Assembly (NCBI GenBank): GCA_964016885.1
Contig: OZ024741.1
Span: 48,546,001-48,610,000, forward strand
Source: Eledone cirrhosa
Taxonomy: Eukaryota
Reading direction: 5' to 3'
DNA length: 64,000 nt
Below, one piece after another: positions 14,461 through 25,500 of the stretch. Made by a program: the position numbers and the translations under genes. The notes under the pieces are model-generated. The model searched no databases. It was not told the DNA's origin and saw nothing but the letters and a program-made list of their open reading frames with translations. Within the stretch, counting starts at the first letter, position 1. Each line of letters begins with the position of its first letter.

Positions 14461-14949
14461 ATACACACATACAATTAGCTACACATAGGGAAAATATTAA
14501 CTAATTGTAATGTGAAAAATGCTAAGAATGAGACAGGCTCACAAGCAAATATCATTGGTTCAGATTAGTGTACGTTTCAGGATATTCAAAAGGATACAGT
14601 TGTACAATAGCTAGTTAACACTTCTCTAGCACAGTGACGATTATAATTTTTTGTTTACGGAAGATTATTAGTTTTTTTTTTGGGGGGGGGGGGTTACTTA
14701 TGGAATAATTTTATTCACGGTTGTATAAATAACATTACAAATTGTTCACAATTCTTTCAGAATTAAACTATAAACACAATAAATACAATTAACTATTGCT
14801 AGGAACCTTACAAATACAACGCACCAAAATATACGATCAAAGAGAGTGAAAGAAAAAAAAAAGAGCAAACAAAAACAAAAACGACCATCAATTCACCACC
14901 AAGTCCGACAATCGGGGACACACCACATGAGTAAACATAAATTTTTTAG

Positions 14950-15345
14950 GTAAGCCAGCACGTTCGCAACATTACTGCGGGTGATGGTGAGTCTAAGGCG
15001 CTGAAACAACCAGGCACCCTCATGGGCATCACTTGACACCTCGGTAAAGCGAACCGCCAACGATGACAAGAACTTCGCTATCAGCGGCCCAACTCCACCA
15101 AACGTCTCGGCTGGAAAAAATTGTTTGATAGTTCCCGGTATTTTCGGATTTTATTCCGTTCGGCAATAGAAGCAGTGACCTCCACATTTACCGCGGTAGG
15201 AGGAAGCAAAAGAGTCACAGACTGTGGAATCCCAGATTAGACACCTGCCTCTTCCCATCAATTCTGAATGATCCAGCCGGCTCCAGAACTGAGGGGGATA
15301 TTTACTCGAGCTAAGGCCCGATCAGGTTTAGCTTGGTGTGGCGGG
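14950..15345 (-). mobile_element. CRE-clade non-LTR retrotransposon 3' fragment A (restriction-like endonuclease domain, decayed)
   Basis: Minus-strand translation pieces PSVLEPAGSFRIDGKR / GRCLIWDSTVCDSFAS ... EGAWLFQRLRLTITRSNVANVLA. It is frameshifted and followed by a T-rich tract. Confidence 0.8.
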
Positions 15346-15809
15346 CGAAGCGACCCGCATTTAGGCGGCAGGATAAACTATGGCGGTCTGTTAGGGAAGT
15401 TCGTAACAGGTGCTCAACATGGAATTTACAAGATTTTTTTTTCTTTTCGAAAAGAGGCACGTTTAAGTTCATTTTTGAATCCTTCTCCCTTACCTTTTAT
15501 TTTTTTATTTAAAAAATTAAGGGACTTCCAATTTTATGTTTTGAATTTCGGAAATTCAGAATCAATAGACGTAATCTGTAAAAATAAAATTATTTTTTAA
15601 ATCAGTTATTGATTCCAGTTATGGGATTCATAGGCGTCATTTTTTGTCATTATATTATTGTTTTGTTTGCGTTTGTAATTTTTTTTATTATAACTATCTA
15701 TTTCAGTAGAATTCAACACATACACAGCTATATCTCTACATAAATATTTCACAAATAGAGAATCAAAAGGAAAGAAAATATTAAGTCAACACTAAGTGCG
15801 TTGATCAGT

Positions 15810-16395
15810 CACACACCTCAAGGGGTGCTGGAGCCTCTAATACTTTTTGATGCACTGACAGCATTACCACGGGTGATGGCGAGGCTAAGGTGTTGGAACA
15901 ACCATGGAAACCTGTAGAGTCGAGGGGCGTACCACAGCGACATTTCAATCCCCCACAGACATCGGCTCCTACTCTGGGTGCAATGGAGATGCGGAGCTCA
16001 TCCAGATTGTGTAGGCCTCGATGTTGGTACGGGAAGATTATCAACCAGTCCTACGAGAATTTTGCGCTCGCAGAAAATAGGCGACACCTTGAGAATTGAT
16101 CAGATTGATGGAAGAGAGAGTTAAAGGTGTCTCAAATGTAGATTGTCCCAAACTCTCTATTTCAGTCTATCCGCCTCTGCATCAAGAACCGACAAACTTA
16201 GCTCCCTCCCCTGTAGTAGAGCTTCATCCATCTCCCTGTTGAAATTAGTCCATATTAAAGAAAAGAGGACGTTACCTACTAAAGGGGAACAAACATGTTT
16301 GGAGGAAAGAAAGCAGGCAAGAGGCAGAGACGGGCGTTTACGCAGACCTAGTTTAGTGGGGGTGTTTGACATTTAAGACATGGAATAGAGGCGGG
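15810..16395 (-). mobile_element. CRE-clade retrotransposon fragment B (RT thumb plus CCHC knuckle fused to the C-terminus by internal deletion)
   Basis: KLGLRKRPSLPLACFLSS (GGLG.R-type thumb motif), then ELRISIAPRVGADVCGGLKCRCGTPLDSTGFHG, then directly WLFQHLSLAITRGNAVSA in a shifted frame. Confidence 0.8.
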
Positions 16396-16570
16396 CGGTC
16401 ACTGATGGCGATGTTCTTGTTATTGTTGACGGCTCGCCGCACTAAAGTATCAGGTGAAGCTTGTTAGTGTCTTGGCTTGCCTCAAATCGTGTTATTAGTT
16501 GTACGTGTCTTTAAATTCTCTTATTAATTTCTATTGATTTGTCTCTTGTAAATCATTAATTATATAAAAA

Positions 16571-16792
16571 GGCCGGTGCCTTAGCAGTATCAGTAAAGTT
16601 TCAGACATGTTTTACGACATAGAGTTATGCCCCTTTACGTTCTAAGTTCAAATCTCGCTGGGATTGGCTTTACCTTTCATCTTTACGAGGTCGATAAAAT
16701 AGAGCACTAGTAATGCAGTGAGATCGATTTAATTGACTTTCCCATTCCCATAAATTTGTTGGCCTTGTGCCTAAATAAAAAGAAATATATAA
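16571..16792 (+). mobile_element. Decayed tRNA-derived SINE with a Nin/Deu-type central domain
   Basis: B-box-like AGTTCAAATC followed by CCTTTCATCTTTACGAGGTCGATAAAAT, which resembles the Nin-domain core GCCTTTCATCCTTTCGGGGTCGATAAA as I recall it. The 3' end reads TGGCCTTGTGCCTAAAT plus an A-rich tail. Confidence 0.7.
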
Positions 16793-17114
16793 ATAGGCAT
16801 AACTATAGTTTAGCGTTGCTTTTATTTTTATTACTTCAGATTCGTGAAAAAAAGATTCTTTGGATCCCAAATAATAATAATAATCGGTAATTTTTCTAGG
16901 TTGTCTCCGTTGATTTTTAAAAAACCAGAATTAGTTGTTTAGTTTACATATTGAGACCTTAACTCATCCTATTTATTTTAAAGTATAGGATTTCTAGTTA
17001 TGTACTTTTTTTGTCATATAACATTTTAAAAAATTGTTTAATGTATAAAGTAAATTAATTGTTGCAGGAATGCTACCCACTTAAGATAAAAAATTTAGCC
17101 AGGGATAGATTAGC

Positions 17115-17214
17115 AAAATTTAATAAGCATGTGGGGGATAAGAGCGGAGGTTCGAAAAAATCTGAAAAATTAATAAGCAAGGGTGGAGATACAATTATTC
17201 GAGACCTGCGAGTA
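17115..17214. mobile_element. Possible terminal fragment of a TA-flanked DNA transposon / MITE
   Basis: Duplicated subterminal motif AAAAT(T)TAATAAGCA and an end ...ATTATTCGAGACCTGCGAGTA, like Tc1/mariner-type MITE termini. No partner TIR was found. Confidence 0.3.
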
Positions 17215-17255
17215 CATGCATGTTGTGATATTTTCTTTTACGAATAAAGAATGCA

Positions 17256-17560
17256 GCATCATCATCACTGTTTAACGTCCATTTTTCCATACTAGCATGA
17301 GTTAGACAGGTTGAAGCAAGTTGGGTCAGGTGACCATGTCTTGCTCACAGATCTGTTTCTGGATTGGTTTCTACGGCTGGATGCCCTTCCTAATGCCAAC
17401 CACATTTACAGAGTGTGCTGGGTGCTTTTTGTTGTGACTCCTACATGACCACTTTACAGTGTGGGCTGGGTGCTTTTTGTTGTGACACCTACATAACCAC
17501 TTACATTGTGGGCTGGGTGCTTTTTGCTGTGTTGCCATCATGACCACTTTACATTGTGAT
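17256..17560 (-). mobile_element. 5'-truncated SINE related to the 4948/5577 family, with an internal ~48-bp segment amplified about 3.3 times
   Basis: (CAT)n tail plus TTTAACGTCC and GGCTGGATGCCCTTCCTAATGCCAACC, as in the SINE at 4948-5288. It then has three copies of CCAC(A)TT(T)ACA...GCTGGGTGCTTTTTG. Confidence 0.8.
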
Positions 17561-17574
17561 CTGGAAGCTTCACT

Positions 17575-17750
17575 GAATATACATAAACATATCAACATAC
17601 TGACATCATTACCATGAGTGATGGCATGGCTAAGGTGTTGGAACAACCAAGCACCCTCAAGGACATCACCAGATTTCTCAGTAAGATGAGCAACCAATGA
17701 TGACAGGAACTTTGTTGTCTGCAGCACAGCTCCTCCAAAACATCTTGAAC
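17575..17750 (-). mobile_element. CRE-clade retrotransposon 3' fragment C
   Basis: FLSSLVAHLTEKSGDVLEGAWLFQHLSHAITHGNDVSML, homologous to the C-termini of fragments A and B. Confidence 0.75.
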
Positions 17751-18199
17751 ATCATAGCTTTAATTGTATTGCTTTATTTTCATTTTCATTCTATTCTCTC
17801 ATGTTGATATTACTGTAGAACTAGTTGCTGGAGATGTTTAATGAAAACAGGTAAAATAACTAAAACACAAAAGAAAAAAAATCATTCATGTTACTAAATA
17901 TTACTTTAATTTCTGCATTGGATGAAGAAGTATCAAAATTGAAATAAGGTTTTTAGAATAATTGTACACAGAAGCATCTTGATATTAATAAACTTCTCTC
18001 TGAAAAGTTTAGTATCAATTCCATTAGACCAACCCAACAAATGGATTTTTTTAAAAATAAAAACAATTTAATAGAAAAAGGAAAAATAGATTGTGAAGAA
18101 AGAATGGAATATAAAATAAGAAAATATAAAAATGGAAAAGGAAGGGAAAAGCAAGGACTTTAGTGTCACAGAAGAATGGGGGTGGGGAAGGGGGTGATG

Positions 18200-18548
18200 G
18201 GCTCTGGTCCTAGTGTAATGGGGCTGCACTCCGCGGGCAAGACCACAAAAGCTTTCCCGCAGACAATGGTCAGTGAAACCTGCTACAACAGCCGCCCAAC
18301 CTTGTGGGGCTCCTTCCGCAGACGGGCTGCTGACATTCCAATCTTGCAGAGGAGCTCAGCAGTACGGGGGTCTAAGTATGCCTGAGATCTCGATGGTGAC
18401 TGGTGCAAAGAGGAAGCGGCCAGACAATCCCTGGTATTTGTTTATCTTCCTTTCCTCTGCAAGGCAGGCCATGGTACCGGGGTTTGTGGCTGAAGAGACT
18501 AAGCCGGAGGTGGAGAACATGTCACAACATGTGGCATCCCAGATGAAA
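18200..18548 (-). mobile_element. CRE-clade retrotransposon 3' fragment D
   Basis: My translation reads IWDATCCDMFSTSGLVSSATNPGTMACLAEERKINKYQGLSGRFLFAPVTIEISGILRPRTAELLCKIG...VGRLL*QVSLTIVCGKA. These are the RLE motifs WD.T, AE..K..KY and F.P..IE..G, with an in-frame stop. Confidence 0.85.
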
Positions 18549-18899
18549 ATAGATTTTCAGCTGCATATATGAATTATTTTGATTTCTCTAAATATCCCCT
18601 CAATGCCAATCCAATGTTTTATGCATATTGTGGTGTATATGTGTATCTATGCATGAGTGTGTAAGGGTGCTTTTATTTTATTTTGAAGTGCAAAATTATT
18701 TTATTTCAAAATACTCATAATATATTCCTAGGATAAAATTGTATAAAAATAATAAAGAATCTAATATTTAGTCAAATATATAGAGAAAGAAAGCAGTATT
18801 GGAAAGGACTATAAATGCCATAAATGAGAGGAAAAGTGCAAGGACTATTAGACAACATAAGAAAAAAAAGGCGGTGGGAGAAGAGAAAGTGACAGACTC

Positions 18900-19408
18900 T
18901 ACACCTAGGTCAGAGCAGTGTTTCGCCTCTGCCCCACAGACAAATTGGCAAAAGCATTGGTCAGCGACACAGCTGGGCTGCTATCATTCTGATTTTACGG
19001 AGGTCAGCTACATGGGGTCTGAAAACACCTGGGATCTCAACTGCAACTGATGAAGTGAGGAAACGGCTGTTCTCTGCATTGCGGGCTTCAGTACTGGCCG
19101 AAGCAACTAAGTTGGTGGCGGAGAGCAGGTCACAGCATGTCATATCCCAGATGAGGGATTTAACTCCTTTGACTGGGAAGAGGGTAATTCCGTCAGAGCA
19201 CATGCCATCTCCTTGGTCAAGGCTTGTTGGTTCCAGTTGTGACAAGAAGCTGGCCACGTCCAGGCTCCTTCTCATTATGTGGTTGAGAGCTGCATGTTGG
19301 GGGAACTGGCCTGTGCTCTGGCGGCATGATAGCAGATGCAGGCCAAACTCAGCGACAACAGCTCCACAATGGCATTTGTATGGCTCACACATGTGGTGGA
19401 CTGACTAA
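18900..19408 (-). mobile_element. CRE-clade retrotransposon 3' fragment E (CCHC zinc knuckle plus RLE domain)
   Basis: ORF 18961-19392 reads CHCG...GLHLLSC...PQHAALNHIMRRSL...LEP..LDQGDGMCSDGITLFP..G.KSLIWDMTCCD. The catalytic RPDG is mutated to CSDG. Confidence 0.88.
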
Positions 19409-19582
19409 AAAATATTTCTGACAGAAAAGTGATACATTTCTAAGAATTTCAAAATTTTCTAGTTTGAACAAACATAAAAAATACAAAATGTTGACATTGT
19501 TTTCTTATACACACTTCACCATTATTTGGAAGTTTACATTGAAACTTTAGTTCAATTTGATTTTTTAAATTCTAACTTAAAT

Positions 19583-22500
19583 AGGTCTTACGGTCTAAAT
19601 ATTCTCCACTATTAGGGTCTAAATATTCTCCACTATTACATTCTAAATATTCTCCGCTATTATGGTCTAAATATTCTCCACTATTAGGGTCTAAATATTC
19701 TCCACTATTACAGTCTAAATATTCTCCACTATTACGGTCAAAATATTCTCCACCATTAGGGTCTAAATATTCTCCACTCTTACAGTCTAAATATTCTCCG
19801 CTATTACAGTCTAAATAATCTCCACTATTACAGTCTAAATATTCTCCACTATTACAGTCTTAATATTCTTCACTACTACGGTCTAAATATTCTCCGCTAT
19901 TACAGTCTAAATATTCTCCACTATTACAGTCTTAATATTCTTCACTACTACAGTCTAAATATTCACGGCTATTACAGTCTAAATATTCTCCACTATTACA
20001 GTCTAAATATTCTCCACTATTACAGTCTAAATATTCTCCACTATTACAGTCTAAATATTCTCCGCTATTACAGTCTAAATAATCTCCACTATTACAGTCT
20101 AAATATTCTCCGCTATTACAGTCTAAATATTCTCCCCTATTACAGTCTAAATATTCTCCGCTATTACAGTCTAAATATTCTCCGCTATTACAGTCTAAAT
20201 ATTCTCCACTATTACAGTCTAAATATTCTCCACTATTACAGTCTAACTATTCTCCACTATTACGGTCTAAATATTCTCCACTATTACGGTCTAAATATTC
20301 TCCACTATTACAGTCTAAATATTCTCCGCTATTACAGTCTAAATATTCTTCACTACTACGGTCTAAATATTCTCCACTATTACAGTCTAAATATTCTCCG
20401 CTATTACAGTCTAAATATTCTCCACTATTACAGTCTAAATATTCTCCACTATTACAGTCTAAATATTCTCCACTATTACAGTCTAAATATTCTTCACTAC
20501 TACGGTCTAAATATTCTCCGTTATTACAGTCTAAATATTCTCCACTATTACAGTCTAAATATTCTCCACTATTACAGTCTAAATATTCTCCACTATTACA
20601 GTCTAAATATTCTTCACTACTACAGTCTAAATATTCTCCGCTATTACAGTCTAAATATTCTCCACTATTACAGTCTAAATATTCTCCACTATTACAGTCT
20701 AAATATTCTCCGCTATTACAGTCTAAATATTCTTCACTATTAGGGTCTAAATATTCTCCACTATTACAGTCTAAATATTCTCCGCTATTAGAGTCTAAAT
20801 ATTCTCCACTATTACAGTCTAAATATTCTCCGCTATTACAGTCTAGATATTCTCCACTATTACAGTTTAAATATTCTTCACTACTACGGTCTAAATATTC
20901 TCCGCTATTACAGTCTAAATATTCTCCGCTATTACAGTCTAAATATTCTCCACTATTACATTCTAAATATTCTCCACTATTACAGTCTAAATATTCTCCA
21001 CTATTACAGTCTAAATATTCTTCACTACTACGGTTTAAATATTCTCCACTATTACAGTCTAAATATTCTCCACTATTACAGTCTAAATATTCTCCACTAT
21101 TACAGTCTAAATATTCTTCACTACTACGGTTTAAATATTCTCCGCTATTACAGTCTAAATATTCTCCAATATTACAGTCTAAATATTCTTCATTACAACG
21201 TCTAAAAATTCTCCACTATTACAGTCTAAATATTCTCCACTACTACGGTCTAAATATTCTCCACTATTACCGTCTAAATATTCTCCACTATTACAGTCTA
21301 AATATTCTCTGCTATTACAGACTAAATATTCTCCACTATTACAGTCTAAATATTCTTCACTATTACAGTCTAAATATTCTCCGCTATTACAGTCTAAATA
21401 TTCTCCACTATTACAGTCTAAATATTCTTCACTACTACGGTCTAAATATTCTTCACTACAACGTTCTAAATATTCTCCACTATTACAGTCTAAATATTCT
21501 CCACTATTACAGTCTAAATATTCTCCGCTATTACAGTCTAAATATTCTCCACTATTACAGTCTAAATATTCTTCACTATTACAGTCTAAATATTCTTCGA
21601 TATTACAGTCTAAATATTCTCCACTATTACAGTCTAAATATTCTCCACTATTACAGTCTAAATATTCTCCGCTATTACAGTCTAAATATTCTCCACTATT
21701 ACAGTCTAAATATTCTTCACTACTACGGTCTAAATATTCTCCACTATTACAGTCTAAATATTCACTATTACGGTGTAAATATTCTCCGCTATTACAGTCT
21801 AAATATTCTCCACTGTTACAGTCTAAATATTCTTCACTATTACAGTCTAAATATTCTCCGCTATTACAGTCTAAATATTCTCCACTATTACAGTCTAAAT
21901 ATTCTTCACTACTACGGTCTAAATATTCTTCACTACAACGTTCTAAATATTCTCCACTATTACAGTCTAAATATTCTCCACTATTACAGTCTAATTATTC
22001 TTCACTACTAAGGTCTAAATATTCTCCACTATTACAGTCTAAATATTCTCCACTGTTACAGTCTAAATATTCTCCACTATTACAGTCTAAATATTCTTCA
22101 TTACTACGGTCTAAATATTCTCCACTATTACAGTCTAAATATTCTCCACTATTACAGTCTAAATATTCTCCACTATTACAGTCTAAATATTCTCCACTAT
22201 TACAGTCTAAATATTCTTCATTACTACGTCTAAAAATTCTCCACTATTACAGTCTAAATATTCTCCACTATTACAGTCTAAATATTCTTCACTACTACGG
22301 TCTAAATATTCTCCACTATTACAGTCTAAATATTCTCCACTATTACAGTCTAAATATTCTCCACTATTACAGTCTAAATATTCTTCACTACTACGGTCTA
22401 AATATTCTCCGCTATTACAGTCTAAATATTATCCACTATTACAGTCTAACTATTCTCTACTATTACAGTCTAAATATTCTCCGCTATTACAGTCTAAATA

Positions 22501-25500
22501 TTCTTCACTATTAGGGTCTAAATATTCTCCACTATTACAGTCTAAATATTCTCCACTATTACAGTCTAAATATTCTCCGCTATTACAGTCTAAATATTCT
22601 TCACTATTAGGGTGTAAATATTCTCCACTATTACAGTCTAAATATTCTCCGCTATTACAGTCAAAATATTCTCCACTATTACAGTCTAAATATTCTCCGC
22701 TATTACAGTCTAAATATTCTCCACTATTACAGTCTTAATATTCTTCACTACTACGGTCTAAATATTCTCCGCTATTACAGTCTAAATATTCTCCACTATT
22801 ACAGTCTAAATATTCTCCACTATTACAGTCTAAATATTCTCCACTAGTACAGTCTAAATATTCTCCACTATTACAGTCTAAATATTCTACACTATTACAG
22901 TCTAAATATTCTCCACTATTACAGTCTAAATATTCTCCACTATTACAGTCTAAATATTCTTCATTACTACGTCTAAAAATTCTCCACTATTACAGTCTAA
23001 ATATTCTCCACTATTACAGTCTAAATATTCTTCACTACTACGGTCTAAATATTCTCCACTATTACAGTCTAAATATTCTCCAATATTACAGTCTAAATAT
23101 TCTTCACTACTACGATCTAAATATTCTCCGCTATTACAGTCTAAATATTCTCCACTATTACAGTCTAACTATTCTCCACTATTACAGTCTAAATATTCTC
23201 TGCTATTACAGTCTAAATATTCTTCACTATTAGGGTCTAAATATTCTCCACTATTACAGTCTAAATATTCTCCACTATTACAGTCTAAATATTCTCCGCT
23301 ATTACAGTCTAAATATTCTTCACTATTAGGGTCTAAATATTCTCCACTATTACAGTCTAAATATTCTCCGCTATTACAGTCAAAATATTCTCCACTATTA
23401 CAGTCTAAATATTCTCCGCTATTACAGTCTAAATATTCTCCACTATTACAGTCTTAATATTCTTCACTACTACGGTCTAAATGTTCTCCGCTATTACAGT
23501 CTAAATATTCTCCACTATTACAGTCTAAATATTCTCCACTATTACAGTCTAAATATTCTCCACTATTACAGTCTAAATATTCTCCACTATTACAGTCTAA
23601 ATATTTTCCGCTATTACAGTCTAAATATTCTCCCCTATTACAGTCTAAATATTCTCCGCTATTACAGTCTAAATATTCTCCGCTATTACAATCTAAATAT
23701 TCTCCGCTATTACAGTCTAAATATTCTCCGCTATTACAGTCTAAATATTCTCCGCTATTACAGTCTAAATATTCTCCGCTATTACAGTCTAAATATTCTC
23801 CGCTATTACAGTCTAAATATTCTCCGCTATTACAGTCTAAATATTCTCCGCTATTACAGTCTAAATATTCTCCGCTATTACAGTCTAGATATTCTCCACT
23901 ATTACAGTTTAAATATTCTTCACTACTACGGTCTAAATATTCTCCGCTATTACAGTCTAAATATTCTCCACTATTACAGTCTAAATATTCTCCACTATTA
24001 CAGTCTAAATATTCACAACTATTACAGTCTAAATATTTTCCGCTATTACAGTCTAAATATTCTCCCCTATTACAGTCTAAATATTCTCCGCTATTACAGT
24101 CAAAATATTCTCCGCTATTACAATCTAAATATTCTCCGCTATTACAGTCTAAATATTCTCCGCTATTACAGTCTAAATATTCTCCGCTATTACAGTCTAA
24201 ATATTCTCCGCTATTACAGTCTAAATATTCTCCGCTATTACGGTCTAGATATTCTCCACTATTACAGTTTAAATATTCTTCACTACTACGGTCTAAATAT
24301 TCTCCGCTATTACAGTCTAAATATTCTCCACTATTGCAGTCTAAATATTCTCCACTATTACAGTCTAAATATTCTCCACTATTACAGTCTAAATATTTTC
24401 CGCTATTACAGTCTAAATATTCTCCCCTAGTACAGTCTAAATATTCTCCACTATTACAGTCTAAATATTCTCCGCTATTACAGTCAAAATATTCTCCACT
24501 ATTACAGTCTAAATATTCTCCGCTATTACAGTCTAAATATTCTCCACTATTACAGTCTTAATATTCTTCACTACTACGGTCTAAATGTTCTCCGCTATTA
24601 CAGTCTAAATATTCTACGCTATTACAAACTAAATATTCTCCGCTATTGCAGTCTAAATATTCTCCGCTATTACAGTCTAAATATTCTCCGCTATTACAGT
24701 CTAAATATTCTCCGCTATTACAGTCTAAATATTCTCCGCTATTACAGTCTATATATTCTCTGCTATTACAGTCTAGATATTCTCCACTATTACAGTTTAA
24801 ATATTCTTCACTACTACGGTCTAAATATTCTCCACTATTACAGTCTAAATATTCTCCACTATTACAGTCTAAATATTCTCCACTATTACAGTCTAAATAT
24901 TCTCCACTATTACAGTCTAAATATTCTCCACTATTACAGTCTAAAAATTCTTCATTACTACGGTCTAAATATTCTCCACTATTACAGTCTAAATATTCTC
25001 CACTAATACAGTCTAAATATTCTCCACTATTACATTCTAAATATTCTTCACTATTACAGTCTAAATATTCTCCACTATTACAGTCTAAATATTCTCCACT
25101 ATTACAGTCTAAATATTCTTCACTACTACGGTCTAAATATTCTCCACTATTACAGTCTAAATATTCTCCACTGTTACAGTCTAAATATTCTCCACTATTA
25201 CAGTCTAAATATTCTTCACTACAACGGTCTAAATATTCTCCGCTATTACAGTCTAAAAATTCTCCACTATTACAGTCTAAATATTCTTCACAAATACGGT
25301 CTAAATATTCTCCACTATTACAGTCTAAATATTCTCCACTATTACAGTCTAAATATTCTTCATTACTACGTCTAAATATTCTCCACTATTACAGTCTAAA
25401 TATTCTCCACTATTACAGTCTAAATATTCTCCACTATTACAGTCTAAATATTCTTTACTACTACGGTCTAAATATTCTCCACTATTACAGTCTAAATATT

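Noticed and set aside
8596-17247. Assorted 60-140 aa ORFs in the unique region (e.g. 10559-10975, 15268-15600)
   Set aside because: They have no recognisable domains, show low-complexity AT-driven composition, or overlap decayed repeats on the opposite strand.
18961-19392. Intact 143-aa zinc-binding host gene
   Set aside because: It is a 5'-truncated CRE retrotransposon fragment with a mutated catalytic motif, and homologous decayed copies lie nearby.
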